A stretch of 64,000 nucleotides of DNA. It comes from an uncultured Candidatus Saccharibacteria bacterium. GTDB taxonomy: Bacteria; Patescibacteriota; Minisyncoccia; Phycocordibacterales; DATDWN01. The translations under genes and the position numbers were made by a program. Position 1 is the first letter of the stretch. The number at the start of each line of letters is the position of its first letter. Below are positions 47,099-57,360 of the stretch, one piece after another. Location: contig CAZNUU010000001.1 of the NCBI GenBank assembly GCA_964576615.1, positions 31,309 through 95,308 on the forward strand, in the 5' to 3' direction. The notes under the pieces were generated by a model, which worked only from the letters and a program-made list of their open reading frames with translations, searched no databases and had not been told where the DNA came from.

Positions 47099-47476
47099 TT
47101 ATTTCTTCTCAGCTATCTTTCGGCCTGTACCCATAGTCTTTCTCGCCCCCCGTCTGGTTCTGGCGTTTGTTTTTGTCCTCTGACCCCTAGAAGGAAGTCC
47201 TCTCTGGTGCCGACTGCCACGGTAAGCCTTAATATCCTTTAACCTTTTTATATTGCCGGCTACTTCTCGCTTCAAATCTCCCTCAATTTTGTAAGTCTCA
47301 ACTACTTTTCTAATCGCATTTTCTTGCTCGACTGAGATTTCCTTTGGCCTTAGTCCATATGGAATTTTGGCTTTATCTAATATATCCTGAGCACGAGGTC
47401 TACCAATACCATAAAGAGTGGTTAAACCAATTTCAATTCTTTTCTCCTCAGGTAATGTGATTCCAAGTATTCTCAT
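47099..47476 (-). CDS. rpsM: 30S ribosomal protein S13
   Basis: [25 protein letters not shown]. Confidence 0.98.
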   Translation of the reverse strand: MRILGITLPEEKRIEIGLTTLYGIGRPRAQDILDKAKIPYGLRPKEISVEQENAIRKVVETYKIEGDLKREVAGNIKRLKDIKAYRGSRHQRGLPSRGQRTKTNARTRRGARKTMGTGRKIAEKK

Positions 47477-47487
47477 TTCATTTATTA

Positions 47488-47604
47488 TTATCCCTGTCTT
47501 TGTTTGTGTCTCGCGTTAGCACGACAGACAACATAAACATAGCCCTTTCGACGGACTATCTGACACTCCGAACATATTTTTTTTACTGATGATTTTACTT
47601 TCAT
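47488..47604 (-). CDS. rpmJ: 50S ribosomal protein L36 (not in the ORF track)
   Basis: [38 protein letters not shown] read from the sequence. Confidence 0.97.
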   Translation of the reverse strand: MKVKSSVKKICSECQIVRRKGYVYVVCRANARHKQRQG

Positions 47605-47633
47605 AAACAAAAAAAGCCCAAAACTACAAAAAA

Positions 47634-47852
47634 TTAAACCCTCTTGACTATGCGTCCCTTACCGCCGTACGGATCGATTTCAACAATTACTTTGTCGCCT
47701 ACTAGGACTCGAATCCTATGAAGCCTCATTTTCCCAGAAAGATACGTGAGCATTTCTTCTCCAGTATCATTCCGTTTTACTCGAAAGAAAGTGTTTGGCA
47801 ATGCTTCAGTCACTTGGGCTTCTACGACTTCAGCTTTGTTTTGGCTTGGCAT
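47634..47852 (-). CDS. infA: Translation initiation factor IF-1
   Basis: EALPN..F.V, SGKMR...[13 protein letters not shown]. Confidence 0.96.
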   Translation of the reverse strand: MPSQNKAEVVEAQVTEALPNTFFRVKRNDTGEEMLTYLSGKMRLHRIRVLVGDKVIVEIDPYGGKGRIVKRV

Positions 47853-47918
47853 TAATTTTATCCAAATTCAATCTTTTGAAATAATTTCCGTGACGTCGTG
47901 ATTCTAGCAGAAATAGCC

Positions 47919-49289
47919 TTATTTCGTCAAGGTATTTACGAGGGTAACTTTACTTGAATCCTTTGGTATTGTCTGGTTCCAAAATGGTCGGGTTTCGATC
48001 CACGCTTCCTTGATACTACCGTAGGTTCCAATGATAGATCTGGCATCTTTTTTCGATAGACCCAGAAGGTCAGATTTTAGCTTGTTTTCATCAAAAACCC
48101 AGACAAAATCAGCGTTACCTTTTAGAGTGAAATTGAGAGTAGAGTCTGTGCTTGGATTAAACGGTAACTCAACAAATTCTAGAGAACTGAGATTTGTTAT
48201 TTTCACAATATTATCCAAGACATCTGGCATTATCTTCCCAGAAATAACTCTAGTTAAGGCGCCCTTATCAATAATTATTCCGGTAGCAGTTCCCCTTTTT
48301 CGGATAGTTGCCTTGGAAGAGCTCGCCTCAGTTGTAACTTGAGTAGCTGGTTCAAATTTGTAAGTTAGTGATTGGCTGTATAAAACAAAATTATCAGGGA
48401 TCTGTGAAGAAATATCCTTAGCCAGTGAAGCCTTTAGCGTATTTTCAAGGGTAGCCTCGGCGCCTACCATTGCCTCTTTACCTACTACCTTTTGCATGCC
48501 TACAAAACCACCTGTCATCTCTGTCTTTGACCTGGCATAGATATCTTTAAAACGAGGGTCCCCTTTAAACCCCGGAACTGTGAAATCTTTAAGGCCGATA
48601 TTATACGCAGTGCCAGCTTTATCTGCCTGGACGACTGCTTCTATACTACCGGCAACAGTTTTTCCATTCTGAGTAATTTTCCCCGGAATGGTTACTCCAG
48701 TTATGATTCTGAAAACTAAGCCTTCCGGTGTCTCAAATCTAGTGGTAGCTACTAATTTCTGTGGAGCAGTGCTGTAATTATTGTAGATTATTATTTTACC
48801 CTGGGCTTTGTTCGAGACCTGTTGTTCACTTTGAGCATCCACAGTCGAGTCTAGATCTTTTGAAGTAGAGACTAGTTGAAATCCCAAGATGTTGCCGGTT
48901 GCATCTTTTTTGGCAGTGAAACTTTCATTTACCACAACCATTTCCTCTTTAGGCGTAACTTTTATTTGAGCACTTTTGAAAAAAGCAGAAAGACCAAAAA
49001 GTACCACAACGACAAGTATTGCGATCGATCCATAGACCCAATAATTTCTAGGTTTCTTTGAACCCTCGTATTGGTAATCATAATTTTGGGCTGGTGGCTT
49101 ATATACGGGTGGCGGTGGAGCCTGGACTGGAACAACTGGTGCAGGTTTTTTGAGAAGTGGTTCGCGCGGTACAGTGTAGTCGAGGACTTCTGGGGTTTCT
49201 TTTTCAGGAAGCCGACTTCTTTCGGGAGCTTTTATACTCCGGATTGATTTTCTAGGAGGTATTACATCTTGAACTACATTTTTTTTCAT
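47919..49289 (-). CDS. Single-TM hypothetical protein with beta-rich extracellular domain (baseplate-J-like fold possible)
   Basis: Pro-rich N-terminus, one TM, QKLVATTRF, ADKAGTAYNI, TVPGFKG, MTGG. Confidence 0.65.
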   Translation of the reverse strand: MKKNVVQDVIPPRKSIRSIKAPERSRLPEKETPEVLDYTVPREPLLKKPAPVVPVQAPPPPVYKPPAQNYDYQYEGSKKPRNYWVYGSIAILVVVVLFGLSAFFKSAQIKVTPKEEMVVVNESFTAKKDATGNILGFQLVSTSKDLDSTVDAQSEQQVSNKAQGKIIIYNNYSTAPQKLVATTRFETPEGLVFRIITGVTIPGKITQNGKTVAGSIEAVVQADKAGTAYNIGLKDFTVPGFKGDPRFKDIYARSKTEMTGGFVGMQKVVGKEAMVGAEATLENTLKASLAKDISSQIPDNFVLYSQSLTYKFEPATQVTTEASSSKATIRKRGTATGIIIDKGALTRVISGKIMPDVLDNIVKITNLSSLEFVELPFNPSTDSTLNFTLKGNADFVWVFDENKLKSDLLGLSKKDARSIIGTYGSIKEAWIETRPFWNQTIPKDSSKVTLVNTLTK

Positions 49290-49352
49290 CTTTGAGCTTC
49301 AATATAAATATGTATTATTGTATTACATATTTTTTTTATTGCAAAATCACAC

Positions 49353-50537
49353 TCATTCATTAAATATTTTTTTATAGAAGATTGACTCAATCTCCAGAAA
49401 TTCATCTTCCTCTACAAATGCACTGACATCACACAGCCCTTGGAGTTCTTCGTGGCCAATTTTTGTTACATTTACCTGCTTTCTAAAAGCTCCTGTCGAG
49501 TCTGTCTTTGAGAGCTTAATAAAATCAGAATAAATATCTGAGACATCACTATCTGAGGTAATATAGATAAGTCCTGGCAAAGTCATGGCGGGCGACAACT
49601 CTCCCAGAGCGCTTTCAAAATAAATTGACCACTCCTTTTCTACATTAGATAGAACTTTGAGAGTAGCATCATTTGATACGTCATCCATATCCTTGTTGTT
49701 AAATTGGTGAAGCATTGAAAGAGCAATATCATAAGTTGCCCCAGTAGATTTGGCCAACTGTCTTATAATAAAGTTTTTTCCAGAAGGAAATGAAACGCTT
49801 TTTTCGATAACATTATTATTCACCAAAGTCAGATCGGTCACATCCGCGCTTATATCCATTAAAATAAAACTGGAGTTGCCAGGATACATATCACGCAGTA
49901 TTGAAAATGAGATTAGGGGAAAAGTATGTAGTAGTATGTCATGCCTCGAGACATTGACATGTTTCAGAATTGAATCCAGAACGGAATCTGCTACGTTTTT
50001 TTCTATCGCAGATAAACACAAAAAAGCATCGAAACTTTTTGTCTTCTGACCTATATTATTCTCAATGATATAACCATTTATTTTAGTGTGCACAATGCTT
50101 TTCTCGATGACCTTAAATTCCCCTCCTGATGTCGATCCTTTTTTCAAATCGTCAGTAAATACCCTCTCCTCTTTTCCCACAATATCGTCTAAGAATTCTT
50201 GAGATATCAAAAAGGGTCTATCTTGTGTTAGTTGTAGATGTTTAGTCTTTAAGACAAACCAAGGAGAGGAGAAACTGACTAGGACACCAGAGATTTTTTT
50301 CTCTCCTGCTTTCTTTATTCCTTCTCTAAGCACATCTGTAAGTACCTCACCAACTAACAAAGGCAGATCTTCCACCAGTCTTCCCGGATCCGGCGTCTCT
50401 AAAATACTGAGTGGCAAACGAACAGTGTAAGCAATATTTGGCTTTGTGTTTTTACTTAAAGCAAGAAGTGCGCCGCCTACTGTTCCATTTCCAATATCAA
50501 TTATTAATAGAGTCTCTTCGTTACTAAAAATAGCCAT
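49353..50537 (-). CDS. Actin-like ATPase-fold protein (divergent FtsA/PilM-like)
   Basis: IIDIGNGTV and LMDISADVTD phosphate-loop-like motifs. Confidence 0.65.
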   Translation of the reverse strand: MAIFSNEETLLIIDIGNGTVGGALLALSKNTKPNIAYTVRLPLSILETPDPGRLVEDLPLLVGEVLTDVLREGIKKAGEKKISGVLVSFSSPWFVLKTKHLQLTQDRPFLISQEFLDDIVGKEERVFTDDLKKGSTSGGEFKVIEKSIVHTKINGYIIENNIGQKTKSFDAFLCLSAIEKNVADSVLDSILKHVNVSRHDILLHTFPLISFSILRDMYPGNSSFILMDISADVTDLTLVNNNVIEKSVSFPSGKNFIIRQLAKSTGATYDIALSMLHQFNNKDMDDVSNDATLKVLSNVEKEWSIYFESALGELSPAMTLPGLIYITSDSDVSDIYSDFIKLSKTDSTGAFRKQVNVTKIGHEELQGLCDVSAFVEEDEFLEIESIFYKKIFNE

Positions 50538-50546
50538 AGATAAGGC

Positions 50547-52160
50547 TTATTCTAACACAGCTTTTATACGCCTTACACCAGAGGAAACCGCTTCTTCCTT
50601 CTGGATTTTAAAATGTCCCAATACAAATGTATTTTTAACATGGGGTCCCCCACAAAATTCTTTGGAATAGGCCCCCTCTAATGAATCGCCTATATAATAA
50701 ATACTAACCTCATCACCGTATTTTTCTTGGAAAAAGTGTAAAGCCCCAGTTTTTTCTGCCTCCGCCCTGCTTAGGACAACATTGTTCACAGCTAATCCCT
50801 CTTTTATCTTTGAGTTCACAATATCTTCAACTTTCTTTTTTTCATCATCTGTCATTTTTCGAGGATAGGAGAAATCAAATCGTAGTCTATCCGGAGTAAT
50901 ATTGCTACCTTTCTGCTCAACCTCCTTACCTAAAACATCTCTCAGCGCCTGGTGAAGTAAGTGTGTGGCAGTGTGGTATTTTGTTTCCATCTCTCCTGTG
51001 CTGGCTAGGCCGCCTTTGAATTTTTGCTCCGCACCGGCACGTGAAAGTTCTTGGTGGTTTTTAAATTCATCCCAGAACTTCTGTTCATCAATAGTTCGCC
51101 CTTTTTCCTTGGCTAACTCTTTTGTTAACTCGAGCGGAAACCCATAACTAGTAAAAAGCACAAACGGGTCAGTACCCTTTTCAAATTCCTTAAGTCCATC
51201 GTTTAATGTTTTTTTAAATCTTTCTTCTTCTCTTTGTATCTCGTTAATATTTTCAAGTGCATATACTCCACTATAAATTTTTTGAATTTTTTCGATTTCA
51301 GTTGCCAAGGTATCTTTTGCTAACCTGACAGCTCTTCTAATCAGTCTCCTTAGGATGTATCCGCTGCCAACATTTGAAGGGACTACACCATCATTTATCA
51401 TAAAAAGAGCTGCTTTAACATGATCAGCGATCACTCTCTCCTCCTTTGTCCTCTCTCCATTAAATAAATCTGTCTCAAATACATTCTTTTTATTCTGAAC
51501 CTGAACCAAAAGCCTCTCGAGGCCCATACCTGTATCTATACCTTTAGTTTTAAGTGGTTCATATATCCCACCTTTGGTTTTATAATATTCGTTAAAAACA
51601 ATATTCCAGATCTCCACACTATTTATATATATCTCCGTAGTTGGCCCACAAGGCCCTTCCTCCCCTGTTGGCCCCCAGAAGTTGTCTTCTTTTTTATGTT
51701 CTCGAATATCCAAATTCGGATCTATGGACTGCCAAATCCCTCTTGACTCCTCATCGGCTGGAATACCACTCTCATCATCTCTAAATATAGATACATAATC
51801 TATTTTTAATCCAAGTTCTTTGGTTATAAATTCGTGTGCGTACTCTATTGCCTCTTTTTTCCAATACCCACCGAAGGAAAAGTTACCTAACATTTCAAAA
51901 AAAGTCAGATGTGTATCGTCCCCCACCTCATCAATATCTGAGGTACGAACACATTTTTGAACCGATACTGTGTTTTTTGATCCAAAGTCGACGACGGGAT
52001 CTTTCTCCCCGGTATAATATTTCTTGAACTGTTGCATCCCGGCAGTAGTAAAAAGTACCGATGAGTCATTCTGCGGCACAAGCGAAGATGACGGCACTAT
52101 TGTATGATCTTTCTGCTCAAAAAAATTTAAAAACTTTTCTCTAATCTCGCGTGAAGTCAT
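50547..52160 (-). CDS. alaS: Alanine--tRNA ligase, shortened form
   Basis: LFTTAGMQQFK, HLTFFEMLGNFSFG, editing HTATH and EFCGGPHV, ends GVRRIKAVLE. Confidence 0.96.
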   Translation of the reverse strand: MTSREIREKFLNFFEQKDHTIVPSSSLVPQNDSSVLFTTAGMQQFKKYYTGEKDPVVDFGSKNTVSVQKCVRTSDIDEVGDDTHLTFFEMLGNFSFGGYWKKEAIEYAHEFITKELGLKIDYVSIFRDDESGIPADEESRGIWQSIDPNLDIREHKKEDNFWGPTGEEGPCGPTTEIYINSVEIWNIVFNEYYKTKGGIYEPLKTKGIDTGMGLERLLVQVQNKKNVFETDLFNGERTKEERVIADHVKAALFMINDGVVPSNVGSGYILRRLIRRAVRLAKDTLATEIEKIQKIYSGVYALENINEIQREEERFKKTLNDGLKEFEKGTDPFVLFTSYGFPLELTKELAKEKGRTIDEQKFWDEFKNHQELSRAGAEQKFKGGLASTGEMETKYHTATHLLHQALRDVLGKEVEQKGSNITPDRLRFDFSYPRKMTDDEKKKVEDIVNSKIKEGLAVNNVVLSRAEAEKTGALHFFQEKYGDEVSIYYIGDSLEGAYSKEFCGGPHVKNTFVLGHFKIQKEEAVSSGVRRIKAVLE

Positions 52161-52765
52161 ATATATTTTTTCAAAACTTGAAAATCAGCCAGAATAGTTT
52201 CCTTGTTGCCTCCGGTATAAAGCGCTACAGCTGGGTGATAAAGGGGCACTATTGTAATGGAGCCATACTCAGCTTTCGCCACAAATTCTTTACCATGTAG
52301 TTCACTAATCTGTCCAACTTGAGATGAGAGGCCAAAGTGATTCATGATGTATGACATCGAAAATCTTCCAAGGGTTGCAATAACTCTCGGCTGGATTATG
52401 GCAATTTGCTCGTCAAGAAAGGGGGCGTAGAGTTTTATTTCCTCTGGTGAAGGATCACGATTTTCTGGTGGCCTATCCTTAACCACATTAGTTATATAGA
52501 CGTCACTTCTGTTTAGTTTTATTGAATCTAGCATCTCATCTAATACTTTTCCGGATTTTCCACAAAATGGCCTTGCAGTCTCTGCTTCATTTTTCCCTGG
52601 AGCCTCACCTATAAACATTATATGAGCCATGTGACTGCCCTCGCCCACCACAGGGAAAAATTTATTTTTCATTCGGTATTCGTAAAGAGGTGAATCCTTG
52701 AAATGCCAAAGCCTATCCCGAATATCTTTCATTTTTTCAAATTTTTCCTCTAGGGTAAGTGACAT
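52157..52765 (-). CDS. Uracil-DNA glycosylase, family 4
   Basis: GEAPGKNE, PFCGKSG, RPPENRDP, YHPA. Confidence 0.92.
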   Translation of the reverse strand: MSLTLEEKFEKMKDIRDRLWHFKDSPLYEYRMKNKFFPVVGEGSHMAHIMFIGEAPGKNEAETARPFCGKSGKVLDEMLDSIKLNRSDVYITNVVKDRPPENRDPSPEEIKLYAPFLDEQIAIIQPRVIATLGRFSMSYIMNHFGLSSQVGQISELHGKEFVAKAEYGSITIVPLYHPAVALYTGGNKETILADFQVLKKYI

Positions 52766-52773
52766 ATTATAAG

Positions 52774-53607
52774 TTAAAGTCCCTCAATCTCATCTAGAAC
52801 TTTTTTCTGATCATCTTTGGAGACACCAACTGCTTCCAGTAAATCTGGATTATCGACTAAAGTCTGGCACAAGACAATCCCTTGCTCAAGAAGTGCTCTT
52901 TTTTCGTGTCCACTTAAATGAACCAAACAAGTTAGGGGATGAAGTCTTTGCTCCAGTATTATGTCATGGAGATTACCCTTGGGTGGGTAATTCCAACCAA
53001 CCATAACCAAACCGCCCTGACACATACCATATTCAATAGCTGTAGTTGTAAATTTAGTATTAGTGACTAGCCAGGCCTCATTCAAGCTCCTCTCCTTGCC
53101 ATAATTAAAAGTCACTTTTGCGAGATCATCGAAACGAGCTTTCACGTACAAGACCACTTTTAAGTCGGACTTCACCCCCAGCTCATTATGAAACTTTGCT
53201 TCAACCATGATTAATTTTTCATCATTCCAAGCAACAACATCAATTTCGTGCTCCACGCAAAAACCTTTGACGATTTGACCCGATTTCGCCTCAAAACCTC
53301 TTTTTCGAAAGATCTCCGCGACATAATCCTCAAAGGGAAACCCGGAAGGTCCAAGATCAAGAATAGCTCTCTTCAAGGAATACTTTAGGGCGGCAGGGTG
53401 CTCGTATTTATGTAGAAGCTCAAAGGCGTGCTTGTAGATGTCGTGGGTTGTAATGTCTTGTTTTAGGTGAGCACTGATATGCTTTAAAATTTCACCAATT
53501 GCAACGCTATTTGCACCAGCGTGCTTCAAAGAATACTCGAGTTTATTTACATCAAATGGCTCACGATTACCGTTAGCCTTGGTAACAAAAATAGTCTTCG
53601 GATCCAT
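52774..53607 (-). CDS. ATP-cone domain fused to Mrr-like PD-(D/E)xK nuclease
   Basis: VTKANGNREPFDVNKL; GFPFEDYVA, EIDVVA, VEAK. Confidence 0.85.
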   Translation of the reverse strand: MDPKTIFVTKANGNREPFDVNKLEYSLKHAGANSVAIGEILKHISAHLKQDITTHDIYKHAFELLHKYEHPAALKYSLKRAILDLGPSGFPFEDYVAEIFRKRGFEAKSGQIVKGFCVEHEIDVVAWNDEKLIMVEAKFHNELGVKSDLKVVLYVKARFDDLAKVTFNYGKERSLNEAWLVTNTKFTTTAIEYGMCQGGLVMVGWNYPPKGNLHDIILEQRLHPLTCLVHLSGHEKRALLEQGIVLCQTLVDNPDLLEAVGVSKDDQKKVLDEIEGL

Positions 53608-53615
53608 AAAATTTA

Positions 53616-54695
53616 TTATCTCACAGCTTCTATTATTCCTCCACCAAGGCAAATATCTGCGTCATATAATACAGCTGACTGACCTACCGAAATTGCACTC
53701 TGCCTAGCCATAAAAATAATAGCCCAGCCTTCATGCGTTTTTTTAATTGAGCATTCTTGCTTATCCTGTCTATATCTTATCCTAACGGAAATAATTTCAG
53801 GCAAAGTATGTACCCCAGAGATTATGTTTAGTTCTTTTATCAAAATGGACTTTGCCGAAAACACACTTTCCACCTCTTTTTCCTTATTTGCCACAGTAAT
53901 TGTATTCTCGTTCAAATTCTTAGCAATTACGAAGTACCTAGGATCTTCCGGTGTTTTTTTAGATATAGTAAAACCATGCCTTTCCCCTATAGCAAAAAGG
54001 AGTGCACCAGCGTGCTTGCCAACGACTTCACCTTTCACATTTAGAACATTGCCCTCTTTTGTCTTAATATAATGTTTTAAGAAATCTTTCATATCGACTT
54101 TCCCTATAAAGCAAAGGCCTTGGCTGTCCTTCTTCTCCGCAGTAGGTAAACGGAATTTCCTAGCAAGATCTCTCACCTCACTTTTTTTCATCCCCCCTAC
54201 AGGGAAAAAGGTGTGACTCAATTCTGCCTGAGTCAACGTGTACAGAAAATAACTTTGATCCTTTTCTTGGTCGACGGATTCCTGAAGCTCGAATACACCA
54301 CCCACTTTTCTTATTTGAGCATAATGTCCCGTAGCAATAAAATCCGCTCCCATCTCTTTTGCTCTTTTGAGAAATGCTCCAAATTTTATATATTTATTAC
54401 AAAATACATCTGGATTCGGAACTCGTCCCAAACTGTATTCTCTAACCATATAATCCACCACTTCTTCTTTGTATTCTTTTTCTAAATCAATGGTCAAAAA
54501 TGGCACACCTAAGGTTGCACAAACTCGCATAGCACTTCTCCTTTCTTCTTTCCAATTACAAGGAAGCCAAGCTGGATTCCAGACCTTTAGAAAAACACCT
54601 GTAACGTCGTAACCTGCTTTTTGAAGTAGGGCTAAAGAAACAGAGCTATCAACTCCTCCCGAGACACCCACAAAGACCTTTTTCACCTGCGACAT
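53616..54695 (-). CDS. mnmA: tRNA 2-thiouridine(34) synthase
   Basis: SGGVDSS, PNPDVFCN, ATGHYA, KDQSYFL, DSQGLCF. Confidence 0.97.
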   Translation of the reverse strand: MSQVKKVFVGVSGGVDSSVSLALLQKAGYDVTGVFLKVWNPAWLPCNWKEERRSAMRVCATLGVPFLTIDLEKEYKEEVVDYMVREYSLGRVPNPDVFCNKYIKFGAFLKRAKEMGADFIATGHYAQIRKVGGVFELQESVDQEKDQSYFLYTLTQAELSHTFFPVGGMKKSEVRDLARKFRLPTAEKKDSQGLCFIGKVDMKDFLKHYIKTKEGNVLNVKGEVVGKHAGALLFAIGERHGFTISKKTPEDPRYFVIAKNLNENTITVANKEKEVESVFSAKSILIKELNIISGVHTLPEIISVRIRYRQDKQECSIKKTHEGWAIIFMARQSAISVGQSAVLYDADICLGGGIIEAVR

Positions 54696-54761
54696 GGCGC
54701 CAGTTTATCATACTTGTTGACAAATAAGCATTTTTGATTAATTTTATTTTAGGAGGTGACT

Positions 54762-54998
54762 GTGAGATTTAGCGAGATAAAGCAGTGGCAAATAATAGTC
54801 ACTGCCTCGATCGGGCCATTTCCCGGCTACACCAAATGGAAGAAGACTTCCGTAAATCATGCAGAGTGGGCAGGGTTTGACAGCCTGCCACCTGGGGTGA
54901 GTAAGGAAGAAATGCTCTCTAGTCGCGGCAAAGTTCTCGAGCTTGGCTTCGAAGAAGAAGTCAGTCTCGCCGGAATGGCACGTTATAACTTCAGATAA
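54762..54998 (+). CDS. Hypothetical protein (GC-rich cassette)
   Basis: TTGACA-16-TAATTT, AGGAGGTGA SD, hairpin aatggcacgttat..ataacgtgccatt over the stop. Confidence 0.65.
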   Translation: MRFSEIKQWQIIVTASIGPFPGYTKWKKTSVNHAEWAGFDSLPPGVSKEEMLSSRGKVLELGFEEEVSLAGMARYNFR

Positions 54999-55008
54999 CG
55001 TGCCATTT

Positions 55009-55983
55009 TCATTTTAGATAAAGTTCTCGATTTTTCTTGTGCTGCTCGAACGTGGTGGCATAATGAATTACCCCATCTTTGCCAGAAAGATAGTATAAAT
55101 ACTTGTTCTTCAGTGGATTAATTGCTGCAAATATCGCATCCGTACCAGGATTTCCAATCGGCGTTGGAGGTAAGCCACGATAGAGATAAGTATTATATGG
55201 TGAGTTAATTTTTAAGTCTTCAGCAGTTAAGTCATAGGTGTTTTTTCCATTTATATACAAAAAAGTAGAATCGACTTGAAGAGCTAGCCCGAGCGATATT
55301 CTCCTCCACAAAATGTCCGAAATCATTTGTCTATCTTTCGTTGTGGGAGCCTCATCTTCGAGAATTGAGGCCATGGTAATTATGTCACTTAATTTGCGTG
55401 TCGTTGTTCCAATCCCTGGCACTTTTACAATTTTTTCCTGAAATGTTTTTTTCATTCTAGAAATAATGTCCTCAGATCTAACAGCTGATGAAACAAAATA
55501 AGTATCTGGGAATAAATAGCCTTCTTCTGGTTTAGCCAATTTTATAAAGTATGTTTTGTCAAAACTAATTAAAGTCTTTTTGAGATGATCCGCAATCTGA
55601 AATGTATTCCAGCCTTCAGGAATGGTAATTTTGACCGTAGGCAAATTAAACTGCCCGTGAACTAGCCTGTACGCAATATCTGCAGTACCCTCTTTTTTAT
55701 CCAGCAAATAATCTCCAGCAATGACCCTTCTTTCTCCACCTTGTAGAATGACGTGTATCCTAAAAACAAAAGGTGATTTTATGACAGATTTGTAATGTAA
55801 ATATGTCGCGATCTCTTGAAGTGATTCACCTGGAATTATTGTTATAACTTCACCTTGAGGAAAATTTATAGGAGCCGCGTGAAAATAAATCCATACTCCA
55901 AGCAAAATAAATAAACTGAAGCCAAGTACTGTGTACTTTTTTTTCTCATCCCAACGTGGCTGTTTCAACACTTCCTCATTCAT
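55009..55983 (-). CDS. mltG: Endolytic transglycosylase MltG
   Basis: TIPEG, EGYLFPDTY, MASILEDE, SPYNTY...GLPPTPIGNPG. Confidence 0.95.
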   Translation of the reverse strand: MNEEVLKQPRWDEKKKYTVLGFSLFILLGVWIYFHAAPINFPQGEVITIIPGESLQEIATYLHYKSVIKSPFVFRIHVILQGGERRVIAGDYLLDKKEGTADIAYRLVHGQFNLPTVKITIPEGWNTFQIADHLKKTLISFDKTYFIKLAKPEEGYLFPDTYFVSSAVRSEDIISRMKKTFQEKIVKVPGIGTTTRKLSDIITMASILEDEAPTTKDRQMISDILWRRISLGLALQVDSTFLYINGKNTYDLTAEDLKINSPYNTYLYRGLPPTPIGNPGTDAIFAAINPLKNKYLYYLSGKDGVIHYATTFEQHKKNRELYLK

Positions 55984-55986
55984 AAT

Positions 55987-57243
55987 TTAAACAGGAAGAT
56001 TAGGGGGAGCTTCGACTTTCCTTGATTCAATACGTGAGAAAGTAGGAGTAGTTGATACCTGTCCAGGAAAATGAAAAATAGTTGCTAATTCTTCGCTATT
56101 TAAAATAAAAGGCGGACTCTTATGAGGTTTATAAAAATACATTCTTCTCTTATAGGCATCTAACATCCATCTTCTTTCAGCATCACGTTTTTTTTCACTC
56201 CTTTTTTTCCAAGCCAATAGAAAATGCGAGAATCTTTCGTCTGAACCCCTAGCAGGCTTAAAGCCATTTGAGGAAGAATTAAAATGGGTAATTCCTCCAA
56301 TTATTCCACCAAGATTGGTAATCTGGAAAATATCTTTTGGTGCAGTGTAAATCATCCTTATACCCACATCAAAACCTGGTTTAGAGGTACTACGATCAAG
56401 GGCCGCCATAGTCTCCTTTTCCAGCTCAGTTAACTGTCTACCTGTGCCAGGGACAAATTTTCCATCGGGACCAACTTCACCTTTGGCGCCCTTGATAATG
56501 CCTTTTATCTCTTCCTCGGCAGCTTTTTTCCATTTTAGGTCAACCAACTTCCCAGAACCTTCCGGATCTTTATCTTCAGCCTTATGAGCACGCAAAATAA
56601 TCTGAATCCATACCTGATTGCCCCGCGATAAGCTCCCCAGAAATTCAATAAGCGGAGTCATTGGGTCGATTTTATATTCTTCCTTAGGATCTCTGTCCAA
56701 CCCATAATCAATATAGGTTTTAATCGGATAGGCATCTTTGTTGTTTAAGTCAAACTCTGTGGCATAAAGTGTATTTATCTCTGGGTTATAGTCATAAGTT
56801 GTTACGTAATCAGGTACTTCAAATATTTCTATGCCAGGGTACTGGGAATAGAGATTAGCTTCAATTTGAGCCCGATGGCCAGTTTTTGTCCAAATAAAGA
56901 AATGCACGACTCCATCAATGGAGACTATCTCGAGCGAAAACCAGGACCTGACTTGCCCTTTCCACCATTTTTCATACCAGTTCTTCTCGCCAACCGTCTG
57001 GTATAAACCATTCATAAAAAACTCTGCCGCCTGGGGGGATTTGTAAACTTCCCGCGGTACTTTTATTTCTAGTAAAACAAATGTTTGCTTCCCAAAATAT
57101 AGAGCTCTAACCCACTGAAGCCACAGTTCCCAGATAAGAACAGCGAGCGCAAGCGGAACTAAAACATAGGAAGCGTAGTATAGATACTTGAGAGTAAGAA
57201 TTAACTTCGGATTTGCAAAAAAGCCGAAAAATAATTGAAACAT
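55987..57243 (-). CDS. Membrane-anchored hypothetical protein
   Basis: N-terminal TM, LLEIKVP, WFSLEIVS, YPIKTY, LNSEELATIFHFP; start at TATAAT-N6-ATG. Confidence 0.75.
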   Translation of the reverse strand: MFQLFFGFFANPKLILTLKYLYYASYVLVPLALAVLIWELWLQWVRALYFGKQTFVLLEIKVPREVYKSPQAAEFFMNGLYQTVGEKNWYEKWWKGQVRSWFSLEIVSIDGVVHFFIWTKTGHRAQIEANLYSQYPGIEIFEVPDYVTTYDYNPEINTLYATEFDLNNKDAYPIKTYIDYGLDRDPKEEYKIDPMTPLIEFLGSLSRGNQVWIQIILRAHKAEDKDPEGSGKLVDLKWKKAAEEEIKGIIKGAKGEVGPDGKFVPGTGRQLTELEKETMAALDRSTSKPGFDVGIRMIYTAPKDIFQITNLGGIIGGITHFNSSSNGFKPARGSDERFSHFLLAWKKRSEKKRDAERRWMLDAYKRRMYFYKPHKSPPFILNSEELATIFHFPGQVSTTPTFSRIESRKVEAPPNLPV

Positions 57244-57261
57244 ATGAAAATTATAACAAGA

Positions 57262-57360
57262 ATCCCACTCCCAAGTCGAGCTAAGATATTTCCAGAACAC
57301 CCGCACGAACTTTTCGCTGGAAAAGCAAACGGCTCTAGTAAGTGCTCTGGCGAGTAAGCT
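57262..57360 (-). repeat. Hairpin element related to the 26128 element
   Basis: Reverse complement of 57307-57337 matches 26157-26187 at 27 of 31 positions. Confidence 0.7.

Noticed and set aside
52774-53607. ATP-cone/Mrr-like nuclease as a new defence system
   Set aside because: It sits within a housekeeping run (mnmA, UDG, alaS) with host-like composition and no partner genes.
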